Source: Octopus bimaculoides
Taxonomy: Eukaryota
DNA length: 64,000 bases
Direction: 5' to 3'
Assembly (NCBI RefSeq): GCF_001194135.2
Contig: NC_068990.1
Coordinates: 68,042,494 to 68,106,493, forward strand
The notes under the pieces are model-generated. The model worked only from the letters and a program-made list of their open reading frames with translations, made no database searches and was not told where the DNA came from. This document shows positions 1-11,520 of the stretch, one piece after another. The first letter of the stretch is position 1; every line of letters starts with the position of its first letter. A program made the translations under genes and the position numbers.

Positions 1-878
1 GAGAGTAGTTGAGATAGATGTAAGTGTTGTTGTTACTGGTTGTTAAGTGGTGGTGACAGGGTAGTAGTTTTGGTGAAGATAGATTGTTATAATAGCAATA
101 ATAGGGATTTTGTAAATTTTGGTGGGGATAGTAAGGCAGGGAGGTCATGACAAAGTTGTCAGTAATATGAGAGATGGTGTTGGAGACTATGTTAGTGGAC
201 ATTTAGCTAGTGGCTTGTTGCTGGGGGTTGGAATGGCAATGACAGGGAGGTTCAGGCTATCATAGCTGAGGTGTAATGGTAATGGTTTTGGTGCTCTCAG
301 TCTCAGTTGTGGTAGGCATGGTGTTACTGATAATGTGAGTTTAGGTGATGGTGGTGGTGGTGGTGATGGTGTGGGCTCATGTCAGTAATGGGGAAAGGGA
401 GTGGTGTGCCTCAATATTGTTTGTGATTGAAATAATAGTAGTGGTTGTGGTGGTGGTGGTGGTAGAGTTTGAGTTTATAGTGGTTTCAAGGTGAGTGTTG
501 GCAACAGTATTGGGTCGATGATGGGGGAGGGGGGCGGTAGTGGTGCTACTGTGCCAAATTAAATTTGTTACTTCGATTTTGTTCCTTTTCCATATATTTT
601 ATATATATATTTATTTTGTTTTATTTTTTTGGTAAACTCAAAGCCAAAAGGATGTCATAGAATCATATTAGTAGCAAAGTTTTCTATATATAGTTGTTAT
701 ATAGACACACACTAGTATCATTTCTACAATGACCTAGACCTGGCAGCAGCAGTGAGGTGGGGGATGTTGTTGTGATGAACAAAGAATTAGGACAGGGGCT
801 TGGGTTGGGTCCAGAATACAGACACTGCCATCCTTTAACTCTCGCCCCCCCCTCTTGCTCTTCCCAATACTTTCTTAC

Positions 879-949
879 AATAACACAGTTTCTTTCATAA
901 CCCAATTGTTTTCCCATTTGTTGTTCTTCATATATATCAAAAGGAATTA
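879..949 (-). CDS. Candidate internal exon of an unidentified minus-strand gene: (V)IPFDIYEEQQMGKQLGYERNCVI
   Basis: Minus-strand acceptor ttttgtattgtatcccAG, donor GTAAGA at 878, open frame, phase 1 start matching the phase 1 end of 3482-3537. No homology recognised. Confidence 0.3.
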
Positions 950-1099
950 CTGGGATACAATACAAAATTTATTTTCCTTATAAGGTAATCAGTGTTCTAG
1001 TTTTTTTTATTTTTTGTTAGAGGTATTTTTCTTACACTGCTTAATTTTTATAAAAAACCTAAGCATCACAATGTAGTTATATCTGAAGGTTAATGATGT

Positions 1100-1460
1100 T
1101 AAAAGAACAGAACTTTTTCTTTTATTTGTGCACAAAAATGTTGAAACATGGAATAAACTACCTATTTCAATAGTTAGCCATCAGGATACTACATGTTTAA
1201 AATTTCCATGTTTTCTGAAATTCACCAATACTACTCCTGCCTCCTGACATACTTATGTACCCTTTCCTCATTATAGCTCTTTTGACATTAATTTCACTGT
1301 CATTTCGTTTTATTCTCTGTGCTATAGATGCACTTTTAGCTTTCATTGCTATCTTCCTTTACTTCATTCATGGCTGGCTTTGGTCCCCTCTTTTAACCTT
1401 TGTCCTCAAACAGTTGTTCTCCTGAGTACTGTAAACAATAAGTTCATCATTTTTATTATA
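1100..1460 (+). mobile_element. CR1/L2-type LINE 3' end (ORF2 C-terminus + 3' UTR), decayed
   Basis: 1140 onward reads VETWNKLPISIVSHQDT, matching the WNxLP C-terminal motif of CR1/L2 ORF2. Ends CCTGAGTACTGTAAACAATAAGTTCATCATT, shared with copies at 31.3 kb and 49.5 kb. Confidence 0.7.
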
Positions 1461-1671
1461 TAGGGTAGGGAGTTAGCAGAATCATTAGCATGCTTAACAA
1501 AATGCTTAGTGGCATTTTGTCTGTCTTAAGGATCTAAGATCAAATTCTGCTGAGGTTGACTCTACTACTTATTTTATTGTCCTCAAAAAAATGAAAGGCA
1601 GTTATGTATTTGTATCAATGTTATTGACTAGCCCCACTCCATTATCAGGCCTTGTGCCTATTGAAGAAAAG

Positions 1672-1715
<44 letters not shown>

Positions 1716-1928
1716 GACGACACTGAGGTACAAATATATGAAACCCAATGTATCCATTATGACTACCCATCTGATATTATTATTCTTTACGTTCTGAATT
1801 CAAATTCCGCTGAGGTTGACTTTGCCTTTCATCCTTTCAGGGTTGATAAATTAAGTACCANNNNNNNNNNATGTAACTGACTAGTCCTCTCCCCCAAAAT
1901 TTCAGGCCTTGTGCCTATAGTAGAAGAG

Positions 1929-1968
<40 letters not shown>

Positions 1969-2099
1969 GTGATATCAGACAGAATTGTTAGAACATATGT
2001 CCTGAGTTCAATTCTCATGGAAACTAACTTTGCTTTCACTCAAGGTTTGATAAAATAAGGTAGCAGTTAAGTACTGTGGTCAATGTAATCAACTAACCA

Positions 2100-2797
2100 A
2101 TGTAATAAACTTACTACATGCAACTCTCATTAGCAGAGTTGTTGTCTTGTGGTTTGTTGACAGCAAGTCTTGAATCTCGAGAATCTTTCTTAAGATTCTT
2201 GCAGAATACAAGATAACATTTTTCTGCCAGTCAACAAGTCTCAATTCCAAAATCCTTCAGATTCTTAAGTAGTAGTTTGGGTGGGGTGCCAAGTGCACCA
2301 TTTACAAGGAAAAATTATCAGCTTACTCTTCCCCAGTGGAGGCACAATGGCCCAGTGGTTAGGGCAGTGGACTCGCGGTCATAGGATCGCAGTTTCGATT
2401 CCCAGACCGAGCGTTGTGAGTGTTTATTGAGCGAAAACACCTAAAGCTCCACAAGGCTCCAGCAGGGGATGGTGGCGAACCCTGCTGTACTCTTTCACCA
2501 CAACTTTCTCTCACTCTTACTTCCTGTTTTTGTTGTGCCTGTAATTCAATGGGTCAGCCTTGTCACACTGTGTCACGCTGAATATCCCTGAGAACTACGT
2601 TAAGGGTACACATGTCTGTGGAATGCTCAGCCACTTGCACGTTAATTTCACGATCAGGCTGTTCCGTTGATTGGATCAACTGGAACCCTCGACATCGGAA
2701 GCGACGAAGTGCCAACAACAACAACTCTTCCCCAATCATTTTGTCTTTTTTGTTAGATCCTGATATTTCTCAATTTTCTCAATTTCTTTGGTGTTCA
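2100..2797 (-). mobile_element. R4/Dong-like non-LTR retrotransposon 3' end (restriction-like endonuclease C-terminus), split by a SINE
   Basis: Minus strand reads NTKEIEKIEKYQDL (2797-2745), then after the SINE LVNGALGTPPKLLLKNLKDFG and, shifted, QKNVILYSARILRKILEI. These are the KExEKxxKYxDL and GALG motifs of RLE elements. Confidence 0.8.
2336..2723 (+). mobile_element. Full-length tRNA-derived SINE family C with 11-bp TSD
   Basis: A box TGGCCCAGTGG, B box GTTTCGATTCC, (CAA)n tail; perfect TSD ACTCTTCCCCA at 2325-2335 and 2724-2734. Confidence 0.92.
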
Positions 2798-3481
2798 ATC
2801 TTACTACTACTACTACTACTACTACTGACAGAATCAACAGTGCACTGGAATAAATGCTTTGCAGCTTTTCTTTCAGCTCTTTACATCTGAGTTTCAAGAG
2901 TGTTGTGGTCAAGTTTGCTTTTCAATACATCAGGGTCAATAAAATAAGTACCAGTCACGTACTGGAGTTGATGTAATCGACTTCCCCATTGCTCTCAACA
3001 TTTCTGGCCTTGTGCCAAATTAGAAACAGTTATCATTATTATTATCATTATTATTGTTGTTCTTGTTGCTGTTGTTAACAAAATTGCTAGCATGTTGGGT
3101 AAAATGTTTAGTAGCATTTTGTCCATCTTTACATTCTGAGTTCAAATCCTGCCATAGTTGCCTTTGCCATTCATTCTTATGGGGTAATGAAATAAGTACC
3201 AGTTGAGCACTGGGGCCAATGTAACTGACTATACCCATCCCCCAAAACTGCTGTCCTTGTTCCAAAATTAAAAATTTTTTTATTATCATTATTTTGTTAT
3301 TGTTATTATTATTATTAGTGGACGTTAAATTATTATTATTATTATTGTTGTTGTAAATCATTACAAAAGCGAAAGAATTAAAATAAACACAGTACCAAAT
3401 TTCTTGCTCCACTCTGTATTTGTGAGTTTGAAGCTACCAACAAGTAATATTACGTTTGTAGAAAGTCTTGACTCTACTTAC

Positions 3482-3537
3482 CTCGAAAAAGAGGTCTGAA
3501 TTGCCTATCAACTTCACAAAAATCAATAAAATAAATT
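3482..3537 (-). CDS. Candidate 56-nt internal exon: IYFIDFCEVDRQFRPLFR
   Basis: Strong donor GAG|GTAAGT (3481-3476), weaker acceptor tattccAAG, one plausible open frame; joins in frame to 879-949. Confidence 0.3.
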
Positions 3538-5759
3538 CTTGGAATATACAGCAATCAAATGATTGAACGACTTCCTTCCACTTTACCATTTTAAAGTGCA
3601 TGGTATTAAGAATGTTCTTACTCACATCTTTAATACTATTTAGAAAGGTATAAATGTCTAATACAATTCATTTACTTCTTGCATTAATGTATAATGCTTC
3701 ATACTTATATACAAAAATATCATCATTATTATTGTTGTTGTTATTGTTTTTTTATTATTATTAAGCTGCTGAGCTGGCAGCATTGCTAGCACATTAGACA
3801 AAACACTTAACAGTATTTCTTTCAGCTTTTTCTGTTCAGAGTTCAAATACCATGAAGGTTGGTTTTGCCTATCATCTCTATGAGGTTAATAAAATAAGTA
3901 CTAGTAAAATACTCGGGGGTCAATGATTTCAACAAGCCCCCTTTCCCCATTGTCAGGCCTTGTACCTATGGTAGAAATGATTAAGGCAGTGAGCTTGCAG
4001 AACTGTTGGTACATCAGAAAAATCATTTCTGATATTACTTCCAACTTGTTATGTTTGAGTTCAAATACCCACATGGTCAACTTTGCCTTTAATCGTTGAC
4101 AAAATAAGGTACCAGTTGAGTACTAGAATCCACAAGGGGATACTGAAAATTACCTGGCTTTGGGTAAAAGAAGATACTGGAGGATCAGTTAATTATGATT
4201 TTATTCAACATATTCTCCTCTCAGATTCACAGGCTTATTGCAGTGGTCCATCGGGTTTTCTAAGCCTGTAAAAGGATGGGCCTCAAGTCAAGCTTTTCAC
4301 AATACCTTTAAAACCAGGAACTTTCCAGCACCCCTTCATGCATAACTGACTAACACCCCACACCCAAGAATGTTGGCTTTGTGCTAAAATTTAAAACCAT
4401 TATTATACTGGATGGTCAAATGGTGAAATCATAAAACAGCGAAAGACAAGCCTTCTGGTATATCTTTCAGTTCTTTTATTCTTTAGTTCAAATCTCACCA
4501 AAGTCAACCTTGCATTTCATCCTTCTTAGACCAATGAACAAAAGAGCCATTCAAATACCATGTCCAATGGTTTTGATTTATCACTTCCCCTCAAAATGGC
4601 TGCATTATACCTAAATCAGAAACTATTAAGTTAGTAAACTGGCAAAATGATAAGAGCATTTGGAAAAAATGCTATGGCATTTGTTCTGATTCCACATTTT
4701 GCGTTCAAACACCACTGAGGCCAATTTTAACTTTCATCTTTCCAGGGTCAATAAAAAAACACCAGTCAATTACTTCATTGTACAAATTTATGATTTACAG
4801 TTAGAATAAATGGCTTTATTTAATTCACTCACAGTTGTCTTTGAGAAAGTCATTAACACCACACATACTCTCATTTTTTCCTTTCGTTTTTCACATCTTA
4901 AGCTGCACATCCATAATTGAGAGAAATAGTAGAAGGTCAGGTTAAATATAACTACACCCCTTTATGTTCTGAGATGAGTTTCTAAAAGGACAGTGGGACA
5001 ACCAGCATTTGAATTTGAGACCACAAAAGTGTTGATTTATGAAGAGATGCTGTGACATGTTAAAGTGATTTGTTGTCATCTCAAAATAACTTACACATTG
5101 CAATATTTGCATCTTCCATTGCAATATTTGCATCTTCAGCTGCAAGTAGCTGTAGAGTTTGTCAAACTTAGCATTTTTAGTTGTGGAATTTCTTGAAGTG
5201 ATTATTTGTGCAGCTATCATATATTTCTTATTTAAATATTTCTTCTTGTTTACATTGTCTTGGATTTGTAATATTCTGTGCCATTTCAATACTAAAATGG
5301 AATAAATACGTTTTTGAATGAAACTCAAAACTGGGTCAAGAGTTTGACCAGTAGATTTATAGATGATTTAATACTGTATTACTATGGCAACTAATAATTG
5401 TTTATGATACAAATACAAGGCTTGTATTTTGAAAGGTGAGAATATGTTAATAACATTGATCTTAGTATTCGGTGGTTTATTTTATCAATATAGTAGGGGA
5501 AAGAGGACCTCATCAGGATCCAAACTAAAAAAATAAAGAGCCAAAACAGTATCCTTTTCACTGCTCACACAGTTCTGTCAATCAACAATCCTTTCAGTGT
5601 CTACTTATAATAAGAAAAAATATGATTTCTTCTGCAGAGATAGTTTTATAGTTAAAGAAGTTAGGATCTTTGACTGTGCTTGTATTGTAAAGATTATTAT
5701 CTATGAAACTTATATCATAAAAAATATGCTGTCACACTATTACAACCATAAATAGTACT

Positions 5760-5975
5760 TTCTATAATAGGTACAAGGCTTAAAATTTGAGGGTGGGGAC
5801 TAATCAATTTAATCAACCCCAGTGTGTAATCGGTACTCATTTTATTAATCTCAAAAGGATGAAAGGCAAAGTCAACCTTGGCAGAATTTGAACTCAGAAC
5901 ATTAAGACAGACAAAATATCACTAAGCATTTTGCCCGGTGTGCTAACGATTCTATCAGCTCACCACCTTATTATA
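5760..5975 (-). mobile_element. SINE family A copy (others at ~5410-5560 -, 6345-6575 +, 25400-25550 +, 41140-41360 -, 43335-43470 -, 49080-49490 - x2)
   Basis: Reverse complement of family A: GGATGAAAGGCAAAGTCAACCTTGGCAGAATTTGAACTCAGAAC...TGCTAACGATTCT. Confidence 0.85.
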
Positions 5976-6065
5976 ACCATAAATAATACTAATATATATA
6001 NNNNNNNNNNNNNNNNNNNNNNNNNNNNNNNNNNNNNNNNNNNNNNNNNNNNNNNNNNNNNNNNN

Positions 6066-6097
<32 letters not shown>

Positions 6098-6813
6098 TAT
6101 TAGAGTTATATTTTAAACAGGGAGGCGTGATGTGATGGCAGGGGATGGGCAAAAAATTACCTCTCACATTGTACATATTGACAAACATTTTAACAGCAAA
6201 TGCAAGGCGTTCATCAATTCCAAATGAAATTGTAAGAGTGAAAGAATGCTACATGAAGACACTGTTATCACCAGCCTAACTTTATTAGTGTCACACCAAT
6301 TGTCATGTAAAATAATGAATATTTTTCTTTCACACTCTGCATAATTTATTATAGTTCAGCAAAATCATTAGAGCATTGAAGAAATGCTTTCCAGTATTTG
6401 TTCTGACTCTTGACAGTCTGTGTTCAAATCATAACAAAGTCAACTCTGCCTTTCATCTTTCTCGGGTCAATAAAATAAAGTATCAGTCATGTAATGGGGG
6501 CTAATGATATCAACTAATGCCCATTCCTCAAAAACTACTGCCTTTGAGTTTCAATTAGAAACAATAACTACTATTATATAGAAGGCATGAGGAGTATGAG
6601 GGGAAGAGTAAGATGGTTGATTACAACCATCTTTCTGTATTCTAGCTTTAGTTTCCAGTGGGTCTAGCTTTGCATTTCAAGCAAACACAATGAATAGAAG
6701 ACCACAAAACCATTAGTCACATATTAAGGATGGTTCCCTTGGGACCACCTGATCAATAGATGTGTCATTATCATCTAATGTAAGGCATCACTTACATGCT
6801 CATACACACACAC

Positions 6814-6860
<47 letters not shown>

Positions 6861-7297
6861 NNNNNNNNNNNNNNNNNNNNNNNNNNNNNNNNNNNNNNNN
6901 NNNNNNNNNNNNNNNATATATATGCTTTTATTCTTTTATTTGTTTCATTCATTTGACTGTGGCCATGCTGGAGCACTGCCTTTAGTTGAACAGCCTAGTT
7001 ATGGTTATGGTGGGAAATAAACAAACCAACATCGGTTGTCAAGTGCTGGTGGGGAGATAGTCAATTGATGTATAATGTAATAGATATGTACTATGAGTGG
7101 TCTCTCTATTACCAGTAACAGAATACTTAGCCTATGGAATCCTTGCTCAGTATCAGGATTCACATGCTTAGCTATTCCAGAAACAACTGTAAAAGACTAA
7201 CCTTTTATCATAACTACTCTGCCCCATGTTTATAGTCTCTATTTATATTAAATGGTTTTTTGAGTGATGCCAAGTGTTTTGCTTTTCCATTCTATTT

Positions 7298-7332
<35 letters not shown>

Positions 7333-7422
7333 TCTTACTCTCCATATATATATATTCGTTTATATTTATATAAAGGGCATTATTATTATTCCCTAACTCT
7401 TGTAAAAGAGTTTTATCCTTTT

Positions 7423-7467
<45 letters not shown>

Positions 7468-7744
7468 TATACATACACACACGCATACATACATCATACA
7501 CATTTCAAATGTCATGATTTTGCTATCCTAGATCAGGAAATAGTTACAAAATATCTCAAGATCAATTGAAACACAGAAACCCTTGAATTTCAAAGGAGGT
7601 CCCAAAGGTGTTGCTTATGTTACATTGCTATTACATGTAATCCTCAGCTGCCATAGAAAGTGATTCAAGTAGGTTATAGCATCTCATTGCTGCATGATTT
7701 CTTTGTTAAACCAATAAACAATGACATCGCTAAGAACAACTACC

Positions 7745-7900
7745 ACTCTCAGAGTGGTTGACATTAGGAAGGGCATCCAGTCATAGAAAACCATGCCAAA
7801 ACAGACTTGAGTCTGGTGCAGCCTTCCAACTCACCAACCCTGCTCAATCCATCCAACCCATGCCAGCATGGACAATGGACATTAAATGATGATGGTGGTG
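7745..7900 (+). mobile_element. RTE-type 3' tail, family E (others ~10270-10420 -, 13510-13740 -, 19280-19450 +, 21540-21790 +, 28960-29170 -, 30780-31190 +, 44510-44750 +, 58430-58570 -, 63580-63780 +)
   Basis: GTTGACATTAGGAAGGGCATCCAG...CAACCCATGCCAGCATGGA...ATTAAATGATGATG; the same tail ends the RTE coding remnant at 55690-56650. Confidence 0.8.
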
Positions 7901-8062
7901 ATTACTCAGGTATTGCTTACATACACATATATATCAATATAAAGAATATTGGCAGAACAGTCTAATTAAAACTTCACAAATGTATGTGTGTATGTGTGTG
8001 TGTGTACAAGATAAGGTATAAATAATAGTCATTACATATCTTTTCTTTATTGTAGTAAATTT

Positions 8063-8185
8063 GGTTTACAGCTGTTTCTAGTTATCATTATGCCTTCATT
8101 ACTGATATGTTTACCGACCCGATACATTGATCAGTTGAGAAAAATTGAATAATCTAAAACAATTAATGCTACTTTCATCAGAGCC
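8063..8185 (-). ncRNA. Candidate type-I hammerhead ribozyme with long stem II insert, core intact
   Basis: Minus strand: GGCU-CUGAUGA(8181-8175)-AAGUAGCAUU...AAUGAUAACUA-GAAAC(8078-8074)-AGCU-GUA|AACC. Stem III palindrome ACAGCUGU; stem I 3/4 pairs; base of stem II ~8 pairs in 11 positions. Confidence 0.55.
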
Positions 8186-8188
8186 TTT

Positions 8189-8242
<54 letters not shown>

Positions 8243-8264
8243 AAAGGCTCTGATGAAAGTAGCA
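8167..8264. repeat. Perfect palindrome: 27-bp inverted arms around (TA)n
   Basis: TGCTACTTTCATCAGAGCCTTTTCTGA (8167-8193) is the exact reverse complement of 8238-8264. Confidence 0.9.
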
Positions 8265-8433
8265 CATATATATATATATATATATATTATGATTTCACTC
8301 AGGGATAGCAATATTAATAACCTGTTGTTTGAACTCAATATAATTATGATTCAGAATAGATTAGGCAAGTACAGAGCATAATATAATATCAGTGGAATGC
8401 CAAAGGAACAGGGATTATCTTGCCAACTTCATA

Positions 8434-8514
8434 AGCTTACAACTGTTTCTGTGATAAGAAGCAGTGCACTCAGAGTTGAATGCTTGTGCAATGCTTTATG
8501 ACTTCCTCAGAGCT
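8434..8514 (-). ncRNA. Candidate type-I hammerhead ribozyme, core intact
   Basis: Minus strand: AGCU-CUGAGGA(8510-8504)-AGUCAUAA...UUAUCACA-GAAAC(8449-8445)-AGUU-GUA|AGCU. Stem I AGCU/AGCU; stem II 6/8 pairs; homologous to 11521-11603. Confidence 0.6.
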
Positions 8515-8812
8515 GTAAATATATACATGCATGCATGCATACACACACACATACATACATACATACATACATACATATGATACAAGTGAGAAGATGAAGA
8601 ATTAATTCAGAGGAACTATGTTATTAGTTAAAATTGTTTCTGTACCATTCCATTTCTAACCACATTACACATAAATGCAGGCATGTGAAGTTAAACAGTA
8701 TGTGTAGTTGATTACATCAAAGTGTCACTATATCAAATTAGCATTAAGTCATACATCTTTGCATTGTGCCACTCTCTTCCTCTCTCTCTGTTTCTCTGTC
8801 TCGCTCTCTCTC

Positions 8813-8870
<58 letters not shown>

Positions 8871-9210
8871 AACAAGCAAAACAAGTACTATAACATATAC
8901 ATAAATGCAGATTCCCACATGTGCATATATACATGAACATATACACATGCACACAAATATGCAGACATGCACATATATGTGTGTGCATGTATGTGCGTGT
9001 ATATATATATATATGTATACATATATACACTAATATATACATGTATGTGTGTGTGTGTGTGTGTGTGTATATACATGCACATACATACATACACATATAT
9101 ATTTATATTTATGTTGAACCAATCTGCTCATCCATACCTTTTATATTAATTCTTTCATATTGGTGTTCTTTCTTTGTAAATGATCACCTATGCTTTATAC
9201 ACATGAATGT

Positions 9211-9255
<45 letters not shown>

Positions 9256-9265
9256 NNNNNNNNNN

Positions 9266-9304
<39 letters not shown>

Positions 9305-9848
9305 GCACACATTTTCTACATGTTCACCATTGAAATACAAGAATTAGAAAATCCCTCCAGATATATTCATGTCTGCATTTGTTTCATGAAATTCTCTTAC
9401 CAGCATTGTGAGAACCCAATTATTCTAGCTGTCCCTCTATCATACCCCATCACACACCACCACAAACCACTTTCTTTCATTTACATCTACCAGTTCAATA
9501 TCTATTATCTCTTATCTATATAGCCATACAACCTTGCTATAACCCCTTTTTGTTTAGAATGCACCGGTTTTCCTATCACATTAACAAAGTAAAGTTAATT
9601 TCCTCAATTTCCTCAATTAATCATGTTTTATTCATCAAATGTTAGTCATTATGCACCAGTTGTTAGACTAATGTTTCTTATTTTCTTTACTTACCTTATA
9701 ATCGATAATCCTTGTTTGAGTTACACTTTTGATTTAATCTGTTAAAACTTTGCTTGTTTACAACTCGTATTTTAAAACTTTAACCTAACTTTCTGTATGC
9801 TAAGTTAGACTTACATCTCTACAATAATATATATCACATAACCAGCGT

Positions 9849-10235
9849 AGAAGTGGTCGTGTGGTAAGTAGCTTGCTTACCAACCACATGATTCCGGGTT
9901 CAGTCCCACTGCGTGGCACCTTGGGCAAGTGTCTTCTACTATAGCCTTGGGCCAACCAAAGCCTTGTGAGTGAATTTGGTAGATGGAAACTGAAAGAAGC
10001 CTGTCGTATATATGTATATATATATGTATGTATGTTTGTGTCTGTGTTTGTCCCCCCACCATCGCTTAACAACCGATGGTGGTGTGTTTACATCCCCATA
10101 ACTTAGCGGTTCAGCAAAAAGAGATCGATAGAATAAGTACTAGGTTTCCAAAGAATAAGTCCTGGGGTCGATTTGCTCGACTAAAGGTGGTGCTCCAGCA
10201 TGGCTGCACTCAAATGACTGAAACAAGTAAAAGAG
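9849..10235 (+). mobile_element. Full-length tRNA-derived SINE family B (CORE-like segment, internal microsatellite)
   Basis: tRNA head GTGTGGTAAGTAGC...GGTTCAGTCCC, CORE-like GGCACCTTGGGCAAGTGTCTT, 3' end GGTGCTCCAGCATGG...GACTGAAACAAGTAAAAGA. Confidence 0.9.
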
Positions 10236-10754
10236 TAACGTGTGTATGTATGTATGTGTGTGTATATCATTATTGTCATCTCATGTCAGTTTTCTATGCT
10301 GGCTCAGGTTGGACAGATTGGTAGGAGTTGGAAGACTGTGACAAGCTCTACTACCTGCTATGGAACAGTTTCTACACCTGGATGTCCTTCTTAATGCCAA
10401 TTGCTTCTCAGAGAGCACTGGGTGCACCAGCACTGGCAAGGTTGGCAAATAACACGCAAGACAAAGAACCCTCAACTAAGAGGGAGATTAATTTTGAGGG
10501 AGATAGCTATGTGTCAGTTGAAGGGAGCTTAAAGTATAATACAAGATCAAAGATAGGTGTTTTTGCTGTGGAGAAGATACAGAGCTACCCATTCAGAAAA
10601 GAAAGGAGAGAGAAATAGAAAGATACAGAGATAGATAGATAGATAGAGGGAGACACTGAGAGAGAGAGAGATGGAATGACAGACATGAGGTCAGTGGACA
10701 ATAAAGATAATAAACGGATACTGTATACTGATACATATATTCTTTTATTTTGTT

Positions 10755-11237
10755 ATTCTTTTACTTGTTTCAGTCATTTGACTGCAGCTTCACTAGAGCA
10801 CTGTCTTGAAGGGTTTTAGTCAAACAAATTGACCCCAGGACATTTTTTTAAAGTCTAATACTTATTTTATTCGGCTATTTTACTGAACCACTAAGTTACA
10901 GAGACCTAAACACACTAACACTGGTTCTCAAGCGGTGATGGTGTGAGGATATATATATATATGATGGACTCCTTTCAGTTTCCAGCAATCAAATGCACTC
11001 ACAAGGCTGGGGTTGGCTCGAGACTATAGCAGAAGAAACTTGCCCAAGGTGCCACACAGTGGAACTGAACCAGGAACTATGTGGTTGGGAAGCAAGCTGC
11101 TTTCCACATAGCTGAGTGGACTGGAGCAATATGAAATGAAGTGTTTTGCCTGAGTATACAATGTGCCGGCCAGCCCTGGAATCGTACCTATGATCTAGTG
11201 ATTGTGGGTGTAATCTCCTGACCCCTAGCCACACATC
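10755..11237 (-). mobile_element. SINE B copy abutting the head of a SINE D copy (partial B copies also at ~6925-7050, 14790-14940, 15545-15690, 17570-17692, 34680-34860, 36205-36352, 55445-55600)
   Basis: Reverse-complement similarity to 9849-10235 and 62921-63236. Confidence 0.8.
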
Positions 11238-11453
11238 ATCACTCTAATCTGTCTAGCTATCTATCTATATATATATATATACCATGTTAATGACTTGTTG
11301 GGTCACTGTATTTAGCTATGCAACCATGACATACTGCAAAATATATTGAATGTTTTATAAGTCAATACTGTGTTCTACTGTGTTAGCAGTGCTATTAAAT
11401 CACTTATTAAGATTATACAAATATGCTCAATTTCTACCCTATTAAAACCTAAG

Positions 11454-11513
<60 letters not shown>

Positions 11514-11520
11514 CTTTCAT

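Larger units (their letters stand above)
1463..4790 (+). mobile_element. Head-to-tail cluster of ~9 copies/fragments of tRNA-derived SINE family A with (ATT)n tails
   Basis: Repeated unit GCAGAATCATTAGCA...TTCTGAGTTCAAAT...TTTGCCTTTCATCCTTT.GGGTYGATAAAATAAGTACCAG...CAGGCCTTGTGCCTA...(ATT)n at ~1463, 1785, 1970, 2830, 3075, 3765, 3985, 4410, 4630. Confidence 0.85.

Noticed and set aside
1-560. G/T-rich strand-skewed stretch
   Set aside because: Degenerate (GGT/GTA)n low-complexity sequence with no ORF or telomeric unit.
4942-5328. 128-aa minus-strand ORF with a good acceptor and donor
   Set aside because: The length is near chance expectation for this window and is helped by a 20-bp direct repeat (~5095-5137). 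Its phase does not join the 3482-3537 candidate, and no motif is recognised.
7125-7195. TGGAAT/ATTCCA stem followed by GAAACAACTGTA
   Set aside because: No CUGANGA upstream of the stem.
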